From Planctomycetota bacterium (lineage in GTDB: Bacteria; Planctomycetota; Phycisphaerae; Phycisphaerales; UBA1924): a stretch of DNA of 64,000 nucleotides. The stretch's first letter is position 1. Each line of letters opens with the position of its first letter. Shown piece after piece: positions 29,083-37,701 of this stretch. The notes beneath the pieces were generated by a model, which ran no database searches, was not told the origin of the DNA, and saw nothing but the letters and a program-made list of their open reading frames with translations. The DNA lies in NCBI GenBank assembly GCA_033763975.1, contig JANRJM010000013.1:312603-376602 (forward strand). The letters run 5' to 3'. The translations under genes and the position numbers were made by a program.

Positions 29083-30852
29083 CTAGGCCCCGCTCCGGCA
29101 CCACTCGCGCCAGAGCTCCCGCAGCGTGCCCTCGAACCGGCGCGCAAAGCCCGACGCATCGACCAAGGGCGACGCGGCCATGCGCTGGCGAGACGTCGCG
29201 TGGTACGCCGCCAGGCGCGCCGGATCGCGCGCCAGATCGACCGCGATGCGCACGTACTCGTCGGGCGTGGGGGCGATGAGTTCGGGCGAGCCCAGCGTCG
29301 CGAGCAGCGACGCCCCGACGCGGGCGCGGTGGGTGTCGCCCGCGAGCGCCACGACGGGCACGCCCATCCACGTGCACTCGCACGTGGTCGTCGTGCCGTT
29401 GTACGGGAAGCTGTCGAGCGCGATGTCCATGAGGCGGTAGTTGGGGAAGTGCTCGCCGGGCTTCTTCGACCACGGCGCGCTGCGGATGCGCGCGGGATCA
29501 ACGCCGTGCTCCGCGAAGCGGGCGGCGAACGCCGGGGCCACCTCGTCGGCCGCCACCTGGATCTTGATCAGCAGCGTGCTGCCGGGCACCTCGCGCAGGA
29601 TGCGGGCCCACGTCGCGACGGCCGTCGGGCCGACCTTCATCACGCGGTTGAACGAGCCGAACGTGACACCCGCTGCCCCGGGGCTCGCGCTCGGCGGCGT
29701 GGGGTCGAACTGCGCCGGCGCCTCGGGCGGGGGCTGGTAGCACAGGAAGCACCCCGGCAGCCGCGCGAGACGCTCCGTGCAGTGCGCGTCGGCGATCGGC
29801 GCGGGGTCGGTGACGGCGTCGACGAGCCGGTGCCCCACGCTCGCCAGCCCCGTCGTGTTCGGGTAGCCCAGGTACGTGCACTGCACGGGCGCCAGGCGCC
29901 GGGCCGCGGCGTGCATCACGCGGCGTTCCGTCCAGCCGCAGCACTCGACGACCACGTCGATCGCGTCGGCGTGCATCATGGCGGCGATCTCGTCGGGCGT
30001 GCGCCCGTTGCAGTCGCGCCACTCGCCCAGCGTGCGGAACCGCGCGGTGAACTCGTCGTCGCGCGTGGGCAGCGCGTACAGGTACGGCACAAGGCGGGCC
30101 CGGTCGAACTCGCGCAGCGGGCCCAGCAGGAAGAACGCGCACGCGTGGAAGTAGAAGTCCGCCGAGAGGAACGCCACGCGCAGCGGACGCTCCGGATCGC
30201 GCACGTTCGCGAAGGGCGCCGCGGGGGCGGCGGGCAGCGTGCGCCCCAGCGCGGCGTGCTCGTCGCGGTGCGCGATGGGGTCGACGCCGTCGGCGAAGTT
30301 GCGGTAGTACGCGAGGAACTCCAGCAGCGAGGCGTCGCCGGGGATGCGCGCCAGCCCGCGCTCGGCGACGCGCAGGGCCGCGTCGATCCGCCCGATCAGC
30401 GCGAGCGACACGCCCATGCGGAAGTAGAGGTCCGGGTTGTCGGGCGCGACCCTGAGCCCCGCCTCGTACGCCTCCATCGAGCGGTCGTACTCGCCCAGCC
30501 CCAAGAGGCACTTGCCCAGCCCGTCGTGCGCCTCCAGGTTGGCGGGGTTCAGCTTCGCCGCGGCGGTGTACGCCCGCACGCCGTCCTTGTACCGGCGCAG
30601 GATCGTGCACACGTTGCCCAGCATGAACTGGATCTCGGCGTCGTTCGGCGCCGCGAGGGCGGCCCGCGCGATGAACACGTACGCCTGCTCGTCCTCGTGC
30701 AGCGCGCCGTGGATCATCGCCAGCACCTTGTTCGCCTGCGCGTCCTGCGGCGCGCGCTGCAGCGTCTGGCGGAGCGTCGCCTTCGCCTGCTCGGCCTTCC
30801 CGCCCTCGAAGAGCGCGATGGCGTTCTGGATGGCAGCGGCGGCTCGCGACAC
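29083..30852 (-). CDS. TPR + GT41 (SPINDLY/OGT-like) glycosyltransferase 3
   Basis: TPRs; LRVAFLSADFYFHA, ECCGWT, GYPNTTGL, FGSFNRVMKV, DSFPYNGTTTTCECTWMGVP. Confidence 0.92.
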   Translation of the reverse strand: MSRAAAAIQNAIALFEGGKAEQAKATLRQTLQRAPQDAQANKVLAMIHGALHEDEQAYVFIARAALAAPNDAEIQFMLGNVCTILRRYKDGVRAYTAAAKLNPANLEAHDGLGKCLLGLGEYDRSMEAYEAGLRVAPDNPDLYFRMGVSLALIGRIDAALRVAERGLARIPGDASLLEFLAYYRNFADGVDPIAHRDEHAALGRTLPAAPAAPFANVRDPERPLRVAFLSADFYFHACAFFLLGPLREFDRARLVPYLYALPTRDDEFTARFRTLGEWRDCNGRTPDEIAAMMHADAIDVVVECCGWTERRVMHAAARRLAPVQCTYLGYPNTTGLASVGHRLVDAVTDPAPIADAHCTERLARLPGCFLCYQPPPEAPAQFDPTPPSASPGAAGVTFGSFNRVMKVGPTAVATWARILREVPGSTLLIKIQVAADEVAPAFAARFAEHGVDPARIRSAPWSKKPGEHFPNYRLMDIALDSFPYNGTTTTCECTWMGVPVVALAGDTHRARVGASLLATLGSPELIAPTPDEYVRIAVDLARDPARLAAYHATSRQRMAASPLVDASGFARRFEGTLRELWREWCRSGA

Positions 30853-30929
30853 GGGCGTGCCGATCGTAGTCGATTTCCCTCGCGGATCCCCCGCCCCCTG
30901 GTACGATTTCAGGCGTTGGGAGGTCCACC

Positions 30930-31778
30930 ATGCGGGCGATCATCGCGACGGGCGCGTGCGTGCTGCTGGCGATCGGCGCCCAGGCCGCGGGCGGGCGACA
31001 GCCCGACGCGCGTCCGCCGCTCTCCGGGCCGGTCGTCCCCCCGCGTCTGGCCCCGGCCCTCTCGCTCGTCGAGCGCGCGTTCGACGGATCCGTCAGGGCG
31101 CCGGACCGTCCGCCGGAAGAGGCCGCCCTCGACGCGCTCGGGCTCACCGCCCCGGACGCAACCCCCGCGCAGCGCGCCGCGTGGGAGGCGGCGTCGGGCG
31201 TGCTCGCCGAGCGGGCCCGGATGCTCGACCACGCGGTGGGCACGAACATCGACCTGCTCGTGATGCTGAGCGTCGCGGAGGGCACGGACGACGGGCTCGA
31301 CAAGCTCATGCTCGGGCTCAAGGCCTACGAGGTGCTGGCGCCCCTGCGCGCCAAGGGCACGCTGCGCGCCCAGATCGCGGGCGTGCTGCCCGAGCCCGAA
31401 CGCGCCGAGTTCGAGCGCCTGCTCGACGAGTACTGGGGCTCGCTCGTCCGCGACCGGCGCGCGCAGCCCAAGCCCGACGGCGGGCGGCCGGCACGCGGCG
31501 AGATCATCCTGGCGGCCCGGGGCGAGTCCTTCGGGCGCGAGGTCGAACGGTCGTTCCAGCGCCTCGTCAAGTCCGGCGAACTCATCTACCGCTACGCGAC
31601 GCGCGGCATCCGCCTGAGCGTCCCGCAGCAGCGCCGGCTGCGCGAGCTCGCCGCCGACCACGCTGCCAAGGGCGACAACGCGAGCGAAGAGGACAACCGG
31701 CGCCTGTTCCTGGGCGCGCTGCGCACGCTGCACGTGTGGCAGCGTCCGCGCTTCGTCCGGAACCTGCAGGGGACCTAG
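30930..31778 (+). CDS. Exported helical hypothetical protein
   Basis: GGAGG SD; signal peptide MRAIIATGACVLLAIGAQA; 282 aa of natural composition. Confidence 0.72.
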   Translation: MRAIIATGACVLLAIGAQAAGGRQPDARPPLSGPVVPPRLAPALSLVERAFDGSVRAPDRPPEEAALDALGLTAPDATPAQRAAWEAASGVLAERARMLDHAVGTNIDLLVMLSVAEGTDDGLDKLMLGLKAYEVLAPLRAKGTLRAQIAGVLPEPERAEFERLLDEYWGSLVRDRRAQPKPDGGRPARGEIILAARGESFGREVERSFQRLVKSGELIYRYATRGIRLSVPQQRRLRELAADHAAKGDNASEEDNRRLFLGALRTLHVWQRPRFVRNLQGT

Positions 31779-32413
31779 GCGGGGGAATGCCCCGCGGACG
31801 GGCCGCCGGCGCGCCGGGCGGCGCGGGCCTCATCCACGTGGCGCAGGCAGAGCCCGATCGCCTCCTCGAGGCGTTCGTTGACGACGAAGACGTTGTACAC
31901 GCCGGACTCTCGGGCCTGGGCGATCTCGCGCCGCGCCGCCGCGAACCGCTTCTGGATCTGCTCTTCGCCCTCGCGCTTGCGTTCACGGAGGCGCGAGAGG
32001 AGCACGTCCTCGGAGGGGGGCAGGATGAACACGGCGAACGCGTCGGCCACGCGCTGCTTCACCTGGATCGCGCCCTGCACGTCGATCTCGAGGATGACGA
32101 CGCGTCCGCGCGCGAGCTGCTCGAAGACCCACGCGCGGGGCGTGCCGTACTTCTTGCCGTAGACCCCGGCGGACTCGAGAAACCCGTCCTCGCGGCGCAT
32201 CTGCTCGAAGGCGTCGTCGGAGACAAAGTGGTAGTCGACGCCCTCGACATCGGCGGGGGTGGGGGCACGGGTCGTCCACGAGACCGAGAAGACCGCGTCG
32301 GGGATCGACCGCTCGACGCCGCGGGTGATGGTGGTTTTTCCCACGCCGCTGGGCCCGCTGATGATCAGCAGGAGCCCGTCGTCGGTGTCGGTGGGAAGGC
32401 GTCGGTGCGACAT
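31775..32413 (-). CDS. gmk: Guanylate kinase
   Basis: IISGPSGVGKTT, SVSWTTR, GVDYHFV, YGTP, ILEIDVQGA, FILPPS. Confidence 0.96.
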   Translation of the reverse strand: MSHRRLPTDTDDGLLLIISGPSGVGKTTITRGVERSIPDAVFSVSWTTRAPTPADVEGVDYHFVSDDAFEQMRREDGFLESAGVYGKKYGTPRAWVFEQLARGRVVILEIDVQGAIQVKQRVADAFAVFILPPSEDVLLSRLRERKREGEEQIQKRFAAARREIAQARESGVYNVFVVNERLEEAIGLCLRHVDEARAARRAGGPSAGHSPA

Positions 32414-32419
32414 CCGGGG

Positions 32420-32452
32420 AGGATACCCGCCGGGCCCCGGACTGGATACCGT
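32420..32452. promoter_or_regulatory. Back-to-back leaderless-type -10 boxes (gmk / DAGK) in a 47-bp gap
   Basis: TATCCT (-) 32425-32420, 6 nt before the gmk ATG; TACCGT (+) 32447-32452, 8 nt before the DAGK ATG. Confidence 0.6.
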
Positions 32453-32460
32453 CAGGGTCC

Positions 32461-33414
32461 ATGCGCGTGGTCCTGGTGGGGAATCCGAAGTCCGGGCGTG
32501 GGCGTGCCGCCCGCGTGCTCGAGGAAACCGCGCACGCGCTGCGGACCGCCGGGCACGAGTGCACGGTGCTGACCGACCTCTGCGCGACCGACGGCCCGTG
32601 CTCGGCCTGGGCCGGCGGGGGCGACGCGGTGGTCGTCGCCGGGGGCGACGGCACGATCCACTCGCTCCTCCCGGCCTTGCGGAACGAATCGGTCGGCATC
32701 CACCACGCCCCGCTGGGCACCGAGAACCTCTTCGCGCGCGAGTTTGGCATGCGTGCGGACGGGGCGTTCGTCGCCCGGGCCGCCAAGAAGGGCGTCTTCG
32801 ACCGCGTTGACCTGGGCCTCATCCGACACGCCGAGGCCGAGATTCCCTTCGCCATCATGTGCAGCATCGGGCCCGACGCGGGCGTGATCCGGCGTCTGCA
32901 CGCCGTCCGCAACGGCCCGATCTCGCACGCGTCCTACGCCATGCCGGTGATGCGCGAGACCTTCCGCCCGGCGCTCCCGCGCCTCACCATCGAGGCCGAC
33001 GGTCGCACGCTGTGCGACGCGGAACGAGGCCTGCTGGTCGTCGCGAACATGCGCCAGTACGCGCTCCGCGCCGACCCGGCGTGGCGCGCCGACCCCCGCG
33101 ACGGGCTGCTCGACCTCGTGTTCATGCCCTGCGCCAGCGCGCTGGGCGCGGGCGTCCGCCTGCTCGAGGCGCGCCTCCGCCGGCATCGGCGCGACGTGCT
33201 CCACGTCCGGGCGAGCACCGTCCGCGTGCGCACCCTCGACGACGCCCCCGTGCAGGTCGACGGCGAGTGCCTCCAGCTCGCCCCGGGCGGGCTCGACATC
33301 TCGTTCGGCGTCGCGCCCCTCGCGCTGCGCGTGCTCATGCCCGATCAGGGCGCGACGGTCGTCGCGGGCGCCGCGGCGTCCGGCGGCGTCGCCGCCTTGC
33401 GGGCCACCGTGTAG
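32461..33414 (+). CDS. Diacylglycerol kinase family (YegS/DgkB-like) lipid kinase
   Basis: VGNPKSGRG, VVAGGDGTIH, PLGTENLFAR, PVQVDGE. Confidence 0.9.
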   Translation: MRVVLVGNPKSGRGRAARVLEETAHALRTAGHECTVLTDLCATDGPCSAWAGGGDAVVVAGGDGTIHSLLPALRNESVGIHHAPLGTENLFAREFGMRADGAFVARAAKKGVFDRVDLGLIRHAEAEIPFAIMCSIGPDAGVIRRLHAVRNGPISHASYAMPVMRETFRPALPRLTIEADGRTLCDAERGLLVVANMRQYALRADPAWRADPRDGLLDLVFMPCASALGAGVRLLEARLRRHRRDVLHVRASTVRVRTLDDAPVQVDGECLQLAPGGLDISFGVAPLALRVLMPDQGATVVAGAAASGGVAALRATV

Positions 33415-34511
33415 AGCGCGAACAGGTCCGACTCCAGGTGCATCGGCGACGGTCCCTTGTCCCAGCCCAGCGCCTTGCCCAGCGCCCGCGCCGCCTCGTC
33501 GTCGCTCGCGTCGAACACCAGCACCTCGAGCCCCGCCGCCGCGAGCATCTCGCGCGGGAACGGGCAGCGCCCGTCGGCCCACGGGATCCACTCGTCGGGG
33601 TTCTGCTTCTGCGCCGGGCTGAGGTTGTAGATCAGGAAGATCCCGCCGGGGAGCAGCGCGTCGGCGACGCCCTTGACGAACGCCTCGTTCGGCACGCCCA
33701 GGTCCACCAGCATCCGCTTGTCGACCTCGCGCTCCGGGTTGATGTACCCGTTCTTGAGCGTGTTCTTGCTCATGATGAGGTCGAACCCGCCGCCCACCGT
33801 CGCCGCCACCTCCGCGTCCGCCGGCCAGCGCCCGTGCGCCAGCGACACCGTCCCGTCCGGGCAGGTGTCGGACATCAGCACGATCCCGGGGATCGTGCCC
33901 GTGTCCTCCGGGCGGCTGTACAACGCCGGCAGACGCGGATCGACATCGACGCCCACGCTGTGCACACCGATGCTCGCCAGCAGGCGCAGGTGCCCGACCG
34001 TGCCGTAGCCGAAGTCCAGCACGCGACGCGACCGCAGGGGCGACTGACCCGTGAAGTACTGGCACGCGAGCTCCAGCGGCCTCGCATACGCCAGGGGCGA
34101 GCCGTACCGCGTGTAGTAGTAGTCCTTGGACGTGAACGTCACCGGCTGGAAGGTCTCACGCGCCTCGGGCGCCAGGCGTTCGAACTCCTCGGGCGTCAGC
34201 GCCGCGCGCGTCTCGCGGCTCCAGTGCAGCACCCGATCTTCCGGGATGGGCAGGAAGCTCGTCGCGATGAGAAACCGCCGGACATCCACGCAGCGCACGC
34301 TCGGCAGCACCGCCGCCGCCTCGCTCCGTAACTCCTCTACAACGCTCGGCTTGTACGGATCCTCGGCGGGCGCCTCCGGCGCCGGTTCGGTAGCGGCAGG
34401 GTTCGTGGGGGGCGCCGGGGGCGTTGCGGGCGGGGTCGAGTCCTGCGCCCACGACGCTCCGCCCGCCAGAACACTCGCGAACACCGCCGCCGCGATCACG
34501 CGTTGACCCAT
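33345..34511 (-). CDS. Exported protein with a class I methyltransferase-like fold
   Basis: Signal peptide MGQRVIAAAVFASVLAGGASWA, Pro-rich linker, VLDFGYG, VGVDVD, FDLIMSKNTL. Confidence 0.7.
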   Translation of the reverse strand: MGQRVIAAAVFASVLAGGASWAQDSTPPATPPAPPTNPAATEPAPEAPAEDPYKPSVVEELRSEAAAVLPSVRCVDVRRFLIATSFLPIPEDRVLHWSRETRAALTPEEFERLAPEARETFQPVTFTSKDYYYTRYGSPLAYARPLELACQYFTGQSPLRSRRVLDFGYGTVGHLRLLASIGVHSVGVDVDPRLPALYSRPEDTGTIPGIVLMSDTCPDGTVSLAHGRWPADAEVAATVGGGFDLIMSKNTLKNGYINPEREVDKRMLVDLGVPNEAFVKGVADALLPGGIFLIYNLSPAQKQNPDEWIPWADGRCPFPREMLAAAGLEVLVFDASDDEAARALGKALGWDKGPSPMHLESDLFALYTVARKAATPPDAAAPATTVAP

Positions 34512-34634
34512 GAATGATGACTCCCAGAGCGCAGCCGCGCCGCGCGGAACGATATGACCACCCGGGACCATCACCCGAAAGCCGGGCCCGCGGCTTCCCA
34601 ACCGGTCCGGTGTAGACTGTCGCCCGAGTTGAGC

Positions 34635-35243
34635 ATGACCCCCGACCCGTCCGAGCCCCCGCCCCCGGCCATGCCGCCCATCCCCGCGGCGCCCCCCGTG
34701 CGCCCCGGCGTGGTCGGGGCCCCGCCCCGCCCGCCGGTCTGGCCGACGGTGCTCGGGGTCATCGGCATCGCGCTGGGCGCGCTGGGCGCCCTCGGCTCGG
34801 CGTGGGGCATCATCGCGCCGTTCCTGATGGACTTCATCGCAGAATACATGCCCCAGGGCGAGCAGGGCGTGGCGGCGTTCAAGGAGCACGCGCTGCACTC
34901 GGCGATCTATTCATTCGTCGCGCTGTGCCTGTCGGTGCTGCTCCTGGTCGGATCGGCCGCGCTGGTCCGCCGGCGGCGATCGTCGGCCCGCACGCTGCGC
35001 GTGTACGCGCTCCTGAAGATCCCCGAGGCGCTGTGGGGCGTGTGGCTCACGTATCTGGCCCAGACGTCGCAGATGCGGGCGCTCGAGGGCCAGCCCGGCG
35101 CCCCGCCCCCCGCGCTCGTCGACATGATCGGCATGCTCACCGTGGCCGTCGCGCTGGTCTGGTCGCTGTCCCTGCCCGTATTCCTGCTCGCATGGTTCTC
35201 CCGCGAGCGCATCAAGAGCGACATCGAGCGCTGGTTCGCATGA
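34635..35243 (+). CDS. Membrane protein with Pro-rich N-terminus
   Basis: Four TM helices; ATGA-coupled to the next gene. Confidence 0.75.
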   Translation: MTPDPSEPPPPAMPPIPAAPPVRPGVVGAPPRPPVWPTVLGVIGIALGALGALGSAWGIIAPFLMDFIAEYMPQGEQGVAAFKEHALHSAIYSFVALCLSVLLLVGSAALVRRRRSSARTLRVYALLKIPEALWGVWLTYLAQTSQMRALEGQPGAPPPALVDMIGMLTVAVALVWSLSLPVFLLAWFSRERIKSDIERWFA

Positions 35244-36355
35244 ACTGCAAGTCCTGCGACTACCCCCTCTGGAACCTGCGCGGGCGCGAATGCCCCGAGT
35301 GCGGCACGCCGTTCCGACCCTCCGACTTTGACTTCACCCTCAACGCCGTCCGCTTCTGCTGCCCGCACTGCGGCCAGGACTACTACGGCACGGGCGATCG
35401 CGGGCACCTCGTCCCCGACTCGTTCGCCTGCGTCTCGTGCGCACGCCCCATCACCATGGACGAGTGCCTGCTCCTCCCCACCGCCGGCGTGCGCGAGGAG
35501 CAGACCCGCCCCGACGACATGCCCTGGCTCGAACGCCGGCGCCACGGCGTCATCAGCGCGTGGTTCAAGACCATCGGACGCGCCATGGTCACGCCCGGAC
35601 GCCTCATGGACGCGATTCCCGCGGAGGGGCCCAGCGGGTTCGTGTTCGGCGCGGTCACCACCAGCATTTTCCTCCTCGTCTCCGTCGCCCCGCTCTTCGT
35701 GTTCATCCTCGTGATGGGCGCGGGCGTCGGCGGACGTCCCAGCATGAACGCCGTCGCGGGCATCGCCGGCGGCGGGGGTGCCACCATCCTCGGGGCCATC
35801 GTCGGCATCATCATGTTCCTCGGGCTCTGGATCGTCTGCACCCACGGCACGCTCCGCATCACCGGCGGCGCACCCTACCCCATCAAGCGCACCTGCCAGG
35901 CCCTCTGCTACAGCAGCGGGGCGAACGTTCTCACCGCGCTCCCGTGCTTGGGGATGTACTTCGGGTTCCTCTTCGTCATCTGGTGGATTGTCGCCGCGTG
36001 CATCATGGTCGCACGCGGGCACCGCATCAGCGGCGGGCGCGCCACCCTCGCCGTGCTCGCCCTCCCCATCCTGCTCGCCGTCGTCGGGGGCGGGTGGCTG
36101 ACATACGGCATCGTCACCGCGATGAACACGATCAATGCCGCAAACCCGGGCGGGACGGGGACGACGACGTACTCGCCCGCGATGCCGCCTCCCCCGCCAC
36201 CGACCCCGCCGATACCCTTCCAAGTCAACCCGCCCGCGGAGCCAGCGCCGACGGACGAGACCGGCGACCCCGACCAGCCCGACGCGCCCGCGAGTGACGC
36301 GCCCGTTGAAGAACCGCCCACCGCAGAGCCGCCCGCGCGGGTGGATCCTCAATAG
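35240..36355 (+). CDS. Zinc-ribbon + YIP1-like membrane protein
   Basis: CKSC, CPEC, CCPHC, CVSC; PWLERR...AWFKTIGRAMVTPGRL; 4-5 TM helices; Pro/acidic tail. Confidence 0.78.
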   Translation: MNCKSCDYPLWNLRGRECPECGTPFRPSDFDFTLNAVRFCCPHCGQDYYGTGDRGHLVPDSFACVSCARPITMDECLLLPTAGVREEQTRPDDMPWLERRRHGVISAWFKTIGRAMVTPGRLMDAIPAEGPSGFVFGAVTTSIFLLVSVAPLFVFILVMGAGVGGRPSMNAVAGIAGGGGATILGAIVGIIMFLGLWIVCTHGTLRITGGAPYPIKRTCQALCYSSGANVLTALPCLGMYFGFLFVIWWIVAACIMVARGHRISGGRATLAVLALPILLAVVGGGWLTYGIVTAMNTINAANPGGTGTTTYSPAMPPPPPPTPPIPFQVNPPAEPAPTDETGDPDQPDAPASDAPVEEPPTAEPPARVDPQ

Positions 36356-36361
36356 CCCGCG

Positions 36362-36367
36362 TACGCT
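36362..36367 (+). promoter_or_regulatory. Leaderless-type -10 box
   Basis: TACGCT 5 nt before ATG 36373. Confidence 0.55.
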
Positions 36368-36372
36368 CGCGC

Positions 36373-37701
36373 ATGACGCGTGCCCGCCGCTCGTCGTTCA
36401 TCGGTCCGCTCGTTCCGCTCGCCGCGCTCGTGTGCCTTTCGCCCATCGTTGCGGCACAGGGCATCACGCCCCGCACGCAGCCTGATTCTGAGCCACCGGC
36501 GTCGCCCGCGCCGTCGGACCCCGCGCCGCCCGTGCCAACACCGCCCGCGCCGTCGGACCCCGCGCCCCCGCCGCCCGATGCCCCGCTCGAGTTCCGCGAG
36601 TTCACCGCGCGCGACGGGCGCACCGTCCGCTTTCTGCTCCGCCTGCCCACGTCGCCCGACGAACGCCGCCCGTCGCCCATGGTCGTCGCGCTGCCCCCGG
36701 GCAAGGGCGACGAGGCCATGGTCCGCCGGGGCGTGCAGTTGTACTGGAGCGGCGACGCGTTCCGTCGCTCGTGGATCCTCCTCAGCCCCGCGGCTCCCGC
36801 CCGCGCCGCCTGGGCCGACGAGCCCCGCCTGCTCGCCGAACTGCTCGACCACGTCGCGACGATCACCCGGTGGGAGAACGGCCTGGCGCACCTCGCCGGC
36901 GTGAGCGCGGGCGGGCTCGCCGCGTTCACCGCCGCGACCGAAGACCCCGGGCGCTTCGCCTCGCTCACCGTGCTGCCCGGGGCCCCCGCGAACGACGACG
37001 TCCTGCTCCGCCTTGATCGCCTGCGCACCGTGCCCGTCACGATCTTCGTCGGCGCCGACGACGCGGAGTTCTGGCTGCCCCAGGCCCGCCGTGCGGCGGC
37101 ACGCCTGCGCGAGGTCGGCGCGTCCTGCGACCTGCGCGTGCTCGAGGGGCAGGCCCACGTGCTCGCCCTCGACGGCCCCACGCTGCACGACGCGCTCGAG
37201 TCCAGGCGCCCATCGCGCCGGGGCGTCATCGCCCCGCACGAACTCGCCCGGCGCGCCGTGGACGGCGTGCTGACCGACTTCCACGACGCCGCCGCCAAGG
37301 CCGACGAGGTCCGCTACTTCGAGCACTTCGCGCCCGACGCGGTCTTCCTGGGCACCGACGCGACCGAACGCTGGACGCTTCCCCAGTTCCGCGCGTTCGC
37401 CCTGCCCTACTTCCAGCGCGAGAGCGCGTGGACCTACGTCGCCACCGCCCGGCGCATCTCCGTCTCGCCCTCGGGCGATACCGCGTGGTTCGACGAGATG
37501 CTGCAGAACGCCAAGCTCGGCACGTGCCGCGGCTCGGGCGTGCTCGTCCGCACCGACGACCGAGGCGAGCGGCGGTGGCGCATCGCGCAGTACAACCTCA
37601 GCATCCCCGTGCCCAACGCCCTCGCCGAACAGGTGGTCGGGCTCATCCGGGGCGCGCAGGCTCCGGCCGATCCGCCCCGCACGCCCCCGCCAGCGCCATG
37701 A
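36373..37701 (+). CDS. Exported alpha/beta-hydrolase-like domain fused to a SnoaL/NTF2-like domain
   Basis: Signal peptide; HLAGVSAGG (GxSxG), FVGADD, GQAH; C-terminal DFHDAAAKAD..RYF...FLGTDATERW...AWFDE...WRIAQYNLS. Confidence 0.8.
   Translation: MTRARRSSFIGPLVPLAALVCLSPIVAAQGITPRTQPDSEPPASPAPSDPAPPVPTPPAPSDPAPPPPDAPLEFREFTARDGRTVRFLLRLPTSPDERRPSPMVVALPPGKGDEAMVRRGVQLYWSGDAFRRSWILLSPAAPARAAWADEPRLLAELLDHVATITRWENGLAHLAGVSAGGLAAFTAATEDPGRFASLTVLPGAPANDDVLLRLDRLRTVPVTIFVGADDAEFWLPQARRAAARLREVGASCDLRVLEGQAHVLALDGPTLHDALESRRPSRRGVIAPHELARRAVDGVLTDFHDAAAKADEVRYFEHFAPDAVFLGTDATERWTLPQFRAFALPYFQRESAWTYVATARRISVSPSGDTAWFDEMLQNAKLGTCRGSGVLVRTDDRGERRWRIAQYNLSIPVPNALAEQVVGLIRGAQAPADPPRTPPPAP
36504..36566 (+). 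repeat. 24-bp exact direct repeat (period 39) encoding PAPSDPAP twice
   Basis: GCCCGCGCCGTCGGACCCCGCGCC at 36504 and 36543. Confidence 0.7.

Noticed and set aside
27325-31263. 1312-aa + strand ORF
   Set aside because: Antisense to two clear GT41 genes; no recognisable content.
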